Below are positions 44,034 through 47,278 of a stretch of 47,278 bases of DNA, one piece after another. The notes under the pieces are model-generated. The model had not been told where the DNA came from, did no database searches, and saw only the letters and a list, made by a program, of their open reading frames with translations. The first letter of the stretch is position 1; every line of letters begins with the position of its first letter. Both the position numbers and the translations under genes were made by a program. The DNA is from a virus (Duplodnaviria > Caudoviricetes): positions 1 through 47,278 of IMG/VR virus record IMGVR_UViG_3300047403_000022; one strand, given 5' to 3'.

Positions 44034-45413
44034 ATGTCTACTGATCTTATCGCTCGTACTGGTCGTGTCCAGTCATGGATTGACGACCCTACTTCTCGTC
44101 TACCTGTTAGCTGTACAGTCTTCGTAGTAGAAGACACAATGGAGGGACCTAATGGTATTGAAGCCTCTTGGCGCTTTGTATCCCACGCTCTCAGATACGG
44201 AGCTGGAGTTGCTGTCCATCTATCGAAGCTTAGGCCCAGAGGCTCGGAAAATGGTAAAGGCCTTGTTGCCTCTGGCCCGGTTAGCTTTGGCAAAATCTAT
44301 TCAACCCTCAATGAAATCCTGAGGCGTGGTGGTGTTTACAAGAACGGAGCTGTTGTCCTTCATCTTGATCTCAACCATCCTGATGTGCTTGAGTTCATTA
44401 CCACTGATCGCGCTGAACTCCCTTGGGTAAAGCGTTGCGTCAACATCAATAGCTATTGGTGGGAAGAGTGTCAACCTGAAGTACGTGAAGCACTCCTACA
44501 AGGTATCCGAAAGGGAGACATCTGGCTAAACAAAACTAAGATAGATCGTAATGGCAATCGTATCAGAGGTAACGTATGCTTGGAGGTATATTTGCCCTCA
44601 CGGGGAACCTGTCTACTGCAACATGTTAACCTCGGCGGATGCAAACTCGATGATATTCAACGTGCGTTTGTCACCGGAATGTCCCAGTTGTGCGCTCTCC
44701 ACGGAAAGACAAATGTTGGAGAAAGCGGAGAGTACCTCCCTTCAGAGACAGATCGCCAAGTCGGTCTCGGACTCCTTGGGTTGGCAAACATGCTTGCCCG
44801 TAACGGAGTGACCTATAAGGAGTTTGGTAAGGCTCTTACTGACATTCGCTTGAATCGAATGGCTAACACTCCTGCTCACATCCTTGCTGCTGAAATCAAC
44901 GCAGGCATCATGGCTGCTGCAGAGGTAGCTAGACAGAACAAGATGGATCGAGCTTTTGCTATTGCTCCTACCGCGTCCTGTAGCTACCGCTATAAAGACT
45001 TGGATGGGTACACCACCTGTCCTGAGATTGCACCACCTATTGCCCGTCAAGTAGACCGTGACAGCGGTACCTTTGGCGTCCAGAGCTATGACTACGGTCC
45101 TGTAGAGATCGCATCAGAGGTTGGCTGGAAAGACTATAACGCAGTGGCAGATGGCATTGTATCTCTGCTAGATCGTACTGGGCTTCTTCATGGCTATTCG
45201 TACAATAGTTGGTCAGATGTGATCACTTACGACGAAGAGTTCATTGAGGAGTGGCTGGATAGCCCCCAAACATCTCTCTATTACTCTCTTCAGGTAATGG
45301 GCGACGTTCAGGACAAATCTAGCGCATATGCAGCACTGGATGAGGATGAAGTCGATGATTACTTGGAGTCTATTCTTAATGACCCTGCTCCACAGTGTAA
45401 TTGCGGCGAATGA
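44034..45413 (+). CDS. nrdA: Ribonucleotide reductase large subunit (compact, no ATP cone)
   Basis: PVSC, NVCLE (NxCxE), IAPTASCS, SLYY and C-terminal CNCGE. Confidence 0.9.
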   Translation: MSTDLIARTGRVQSWIDDPTSRLPVSCTVFVVEDTMEGPNGIEASWRFVSHALRYGAGVAVHLSKLRPRGSENGKGLVASGPVSFGKIYSTLNEILRRGGVYKNGAVVLHLDLNHPDVLEFITTDRAELPWVKRCVNINSYWWEECQPEVREALLQGIRKGDIWLNKTKIDRNGNRIRGNVCLEVYLPSRGTCLLQHVNLGGCKLDDIQRAFVTGMSQLCALHGKTNVGESGEYLPSETDRQVGLGLLGLANMLARNGVTYKEFGKALTDIRLNRMANTPAHILAAEINAGIMAAAEVARQNKMDRAFAIAPTASCSYRYKDLDGYTTCPEIAPPIARQVDRDSGTFGVQSYDYGPVEIASEVGWKDYNAVADGIVSLLDRTGLLHGYSYNSWSDVITYDEEFIEEWLDSPQTSLYYSLQVMGDVQDKSSAYAALDEDEVDDYLESILNDPAPQCNCGE

Positions 45414-46120
45414 ACCCCTATCAAAAACTTCTCAATCGTAAAAGGAAGTGGTCTCCTGTACAGACCACGGCTGGCAAGCTTGCTGAAGGCGCGGAAGAAA
45501 CTATCTACCGTGCCTTGGCTATGCGTCACATGGAACTACCCGTTGGAGATTTTATTGAAGCATCGCTTTCTGAAATTCCAGTTCTATCACAAGACTTGCT
45601 CCGATCTAATATCAAAGACGAAGAGAACCACGACTTGGCTCTCGGTTACATCGCCAATGCTCTCGGAGTGGATCCTAAAGCGGAAGAAGAGGCCAAGCGA
45701 ATTCGATCTGCGTGGCAAGCGCATCCTGATCACACAGTCCTTAAAGCACTGGTGGCCGAACGTTCGCTTTTCTTCGTTCTACTCCCGTTCTTTCGATTTA
45801 ATGGTGACGCTGGTCTCCGCACCGTCTCCGCTGACATCTCAAGAGATGAGCAAGTCCATGTAGCTGCCAACTCTCTTGTCTGCAGGGAACTTGGATACGA
45901 ACCATCTCCTAGTCTCGACAAGCTCAGGAAAGCAACAATCAACTGGGTTATGACACCCTTGAAATCGTCCACTAACAAATATCTAGACAAAAAATTTTGG
46001 CTGGATGCCAGTGATCGCTTGATGTATGAGGGTAAGGCTCCAGAGCTTTCTGACACCAAGCGAGCACGTATGCCAGCGTTCTTTGAACATGCCAACCCCA
46101 ACCTACCTCAATACGCTTGA
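45410..46120 (+). CDS. nrdB: Ribonucleotide reductase small (ferritin-like) subunit
   Basis: Two ExxH motifs (DEENH, DEQVH); ATGA-coupled to the large subunit. Confidence 0.8.
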   Translation: MNPYQKLLNRKRKWSPVQTTAGKLAEGAEETIYRALAMRHMELPVGDFIEASLSEIPVLSQDLLRSNIKDEENHDLALGYIANALGVDPKAEEEAKRIRSAWQAHPDHTVLKALVAERSLFFVLLPFFRFNGDAGLRTVSADISRDEQVHVAANSLVCRELGYEPSPSLDKLRKATINWVMTPLKSSTNKYLDKKFWLDASDRLMYEGKAPELSDTKRARMPAFFEHANPNLPQYA

Positions 46121-46280
46121 GTTCCAAGGGCTGCAACTTAGCACCTTGATTAATGAACTTGAGGAAAACTTTCCACCACTTAATCCCCACCCGGATGAAT
46201 CACACGCATCAATAATGTACCGCTCGGGTCAACGTTCTGTTGTCGAGTGGATAACCTATCGACTTACAGAGGACACTTAA
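46089..46280 (+). CDS. Small conserved protein (T7 gp6.5 position)
   Basis: ELEENFP...P...IMYRSGQRSVVEWI. Confidence 0.75.
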   Translation: MPTPTYLNTLEFQGLQLSTLINELEENFPPLNPHPDESHASIMYRSGQRSVVEWITYRLTEDT

Positions 46281-46282
46281 CA

Positions 46283-47278
46283 ATGGGAGTTCAGAAAGCT
46301 GCTAACATGGCAGCAAAAGGAGCAACTAAATCAGAAATCAGGCAAGCTAATCCTGGCCTTAGCTCTAAACAGGTTAACCAAGCTGTTAAAAGTAGCTCAA
46401 CTGCCACAACTAATCCTAACACAACCACTAGGCCGTCACCCAGTAGTGCAACATTTGGTCAATCTAAGAGTACACAGCAAGTTGTAAATAAACTCGACAA
46501 TCGTCTGATTAATAACGATGGTGTCTTTGCTATTAATAGTAAGACATTCCAAAACATAGTCAATGATCTTGGTAGTGCTGAACGAGCACGATCAGTTATT
46601 TCCAAGTACGGAGCAGGCCTCCCTGGTCCTACTACTACTGAGACTGGTGAAGGTGACAACAAGCGTACCATCACTAACACTCCGTACAAACTAACTATCG
46701 ACCAGAAAGTACTCGACAAGTACGATAAAGGTGGGTACAAAGCTGACCTGTCTAAACAGAAAGGTCTTAGTAGGCAGCTCCGTATCCTCGGTAACGATGG
46801 TGTCTTCTCTGCTAAAGAGTACGACAAACTTCTTAAAGCAAGGGGTGCTGTTGGTAGTGGTTTCAACCAACGCCTCATAAATAAACTCGGTGAGGAAGGT
46901 ATCAGCATCAGTAATAACCTTGCCAAACGTTATGAGCAAGGTAAGATAAGTACAGGTGAAACCAATGGTATGTGGGACTGGTTCAATCGAATGACCTATA
47001 CTAATCCTGATTTTGCCGATTGGAAACCTCTCACTCAGTCTGGTAACAGTGAGTTCACTAACCGATTCCTTGATGAAGCTTACAACGGTAAAGGTAGTAA
47101 AGGTTTGGCATTCAACGGTGCTGACTGGCAAACAAAGGATTCAGTAAGAGCTGGTGCAATTGCTGCTGGTGATTGGTCACGGACACGTGAGCCTTGGACA
47201 GATGCCAACATTACTAAACGAATTATCAATGATGGCGGTGGTGGCGATGATGGCGGTGGCGGTGGCGGTGGTGGAGGT
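46283..47278 (+). CDS. Large putative virion protein at the gp6.7/7.3 position (continues at window start)
   Basis: 332 open codons from ATG 46283 (RBS GAGGA) to the window end, finishing in poly-Gly; absent from the ORF track because it has no stop here. Confidence 0.85.
   Translation, partial: MGVQKAANMAAKGATKSEIRQANPGLSSKQVNQAVKSSSTATTNPNTTTRPSPSSATFGQSKSTQQVVNKLDNRLINNDGVFAINSKTFQNIVNDLGSAERARSVISKYGAGLPGPTTTETGEGDNKRTITNTPYKLTIDQKVLDKYDKGGYKADLSKQKGLSRQLRILGNDGVFSAKEYDKLLKARGAVGSGFNQRLINKLGEEGISISNNLAKRYEQGKISTGETNGMWDWFNRMTYTNPDFADWKPLTQSGNSEFTNRFLDEAYNGKGSKGLAFNGADWQTKDSVRAGAIAAGDWSRTREPWTDANITKRIINDGGGGDDGGGGGGGGG

Overview
The window is essentially a complete, circularly permuted genome of a T7-like cyanopodovirus (Autographiviridae), probably infecting Synechococcus/Cyanobium. 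All convincing genes lie on the + strand. The structural module runs portal, scaffold, an hli/RlpA-like/psbA island, major capsid, tail tubes A/B, three internal virion proteins, two tail fibres and lysis genes. It continues with terS, a ~3.2 kb accessory island, terL and thyX. A ~900 bp non-coding stretch probably holds the physical genome ends and a sigma70 early promoter. It is followed by early genes (including an AbrB-N/ArdA-like fusion), a MarR-like HTH, a tyrosine integrase with a tRNA-Leu-derived attP, RNA polymerase, SSB, endonuclease, primase/helicase, a split DNA polymerase, exonuclease, a MazG-like protein and a two-subunit RNR. The last ORF runs off the end and re-enters at position 1 through an 8-nt overlap. 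Best leads: (i) an apparent programmed -1 frameshift joining the exonuclease and polymerase halves of the DNA polymerase; (ii) a recurrent ACCTGT(A/C)CACTAA / TCCACTA motif marking accessory-gene junctions and attP; (iii) a 17-nt exact repeat, the likely phage promoter, with one copy inside the RNAP gene; (iv) Fur-box-like palindromes and a structured RNA leader at the genome end; (v) paralogous mini-cassettes with conserved ends. All family assignments come from motif recognition and synteny; no searches were run.
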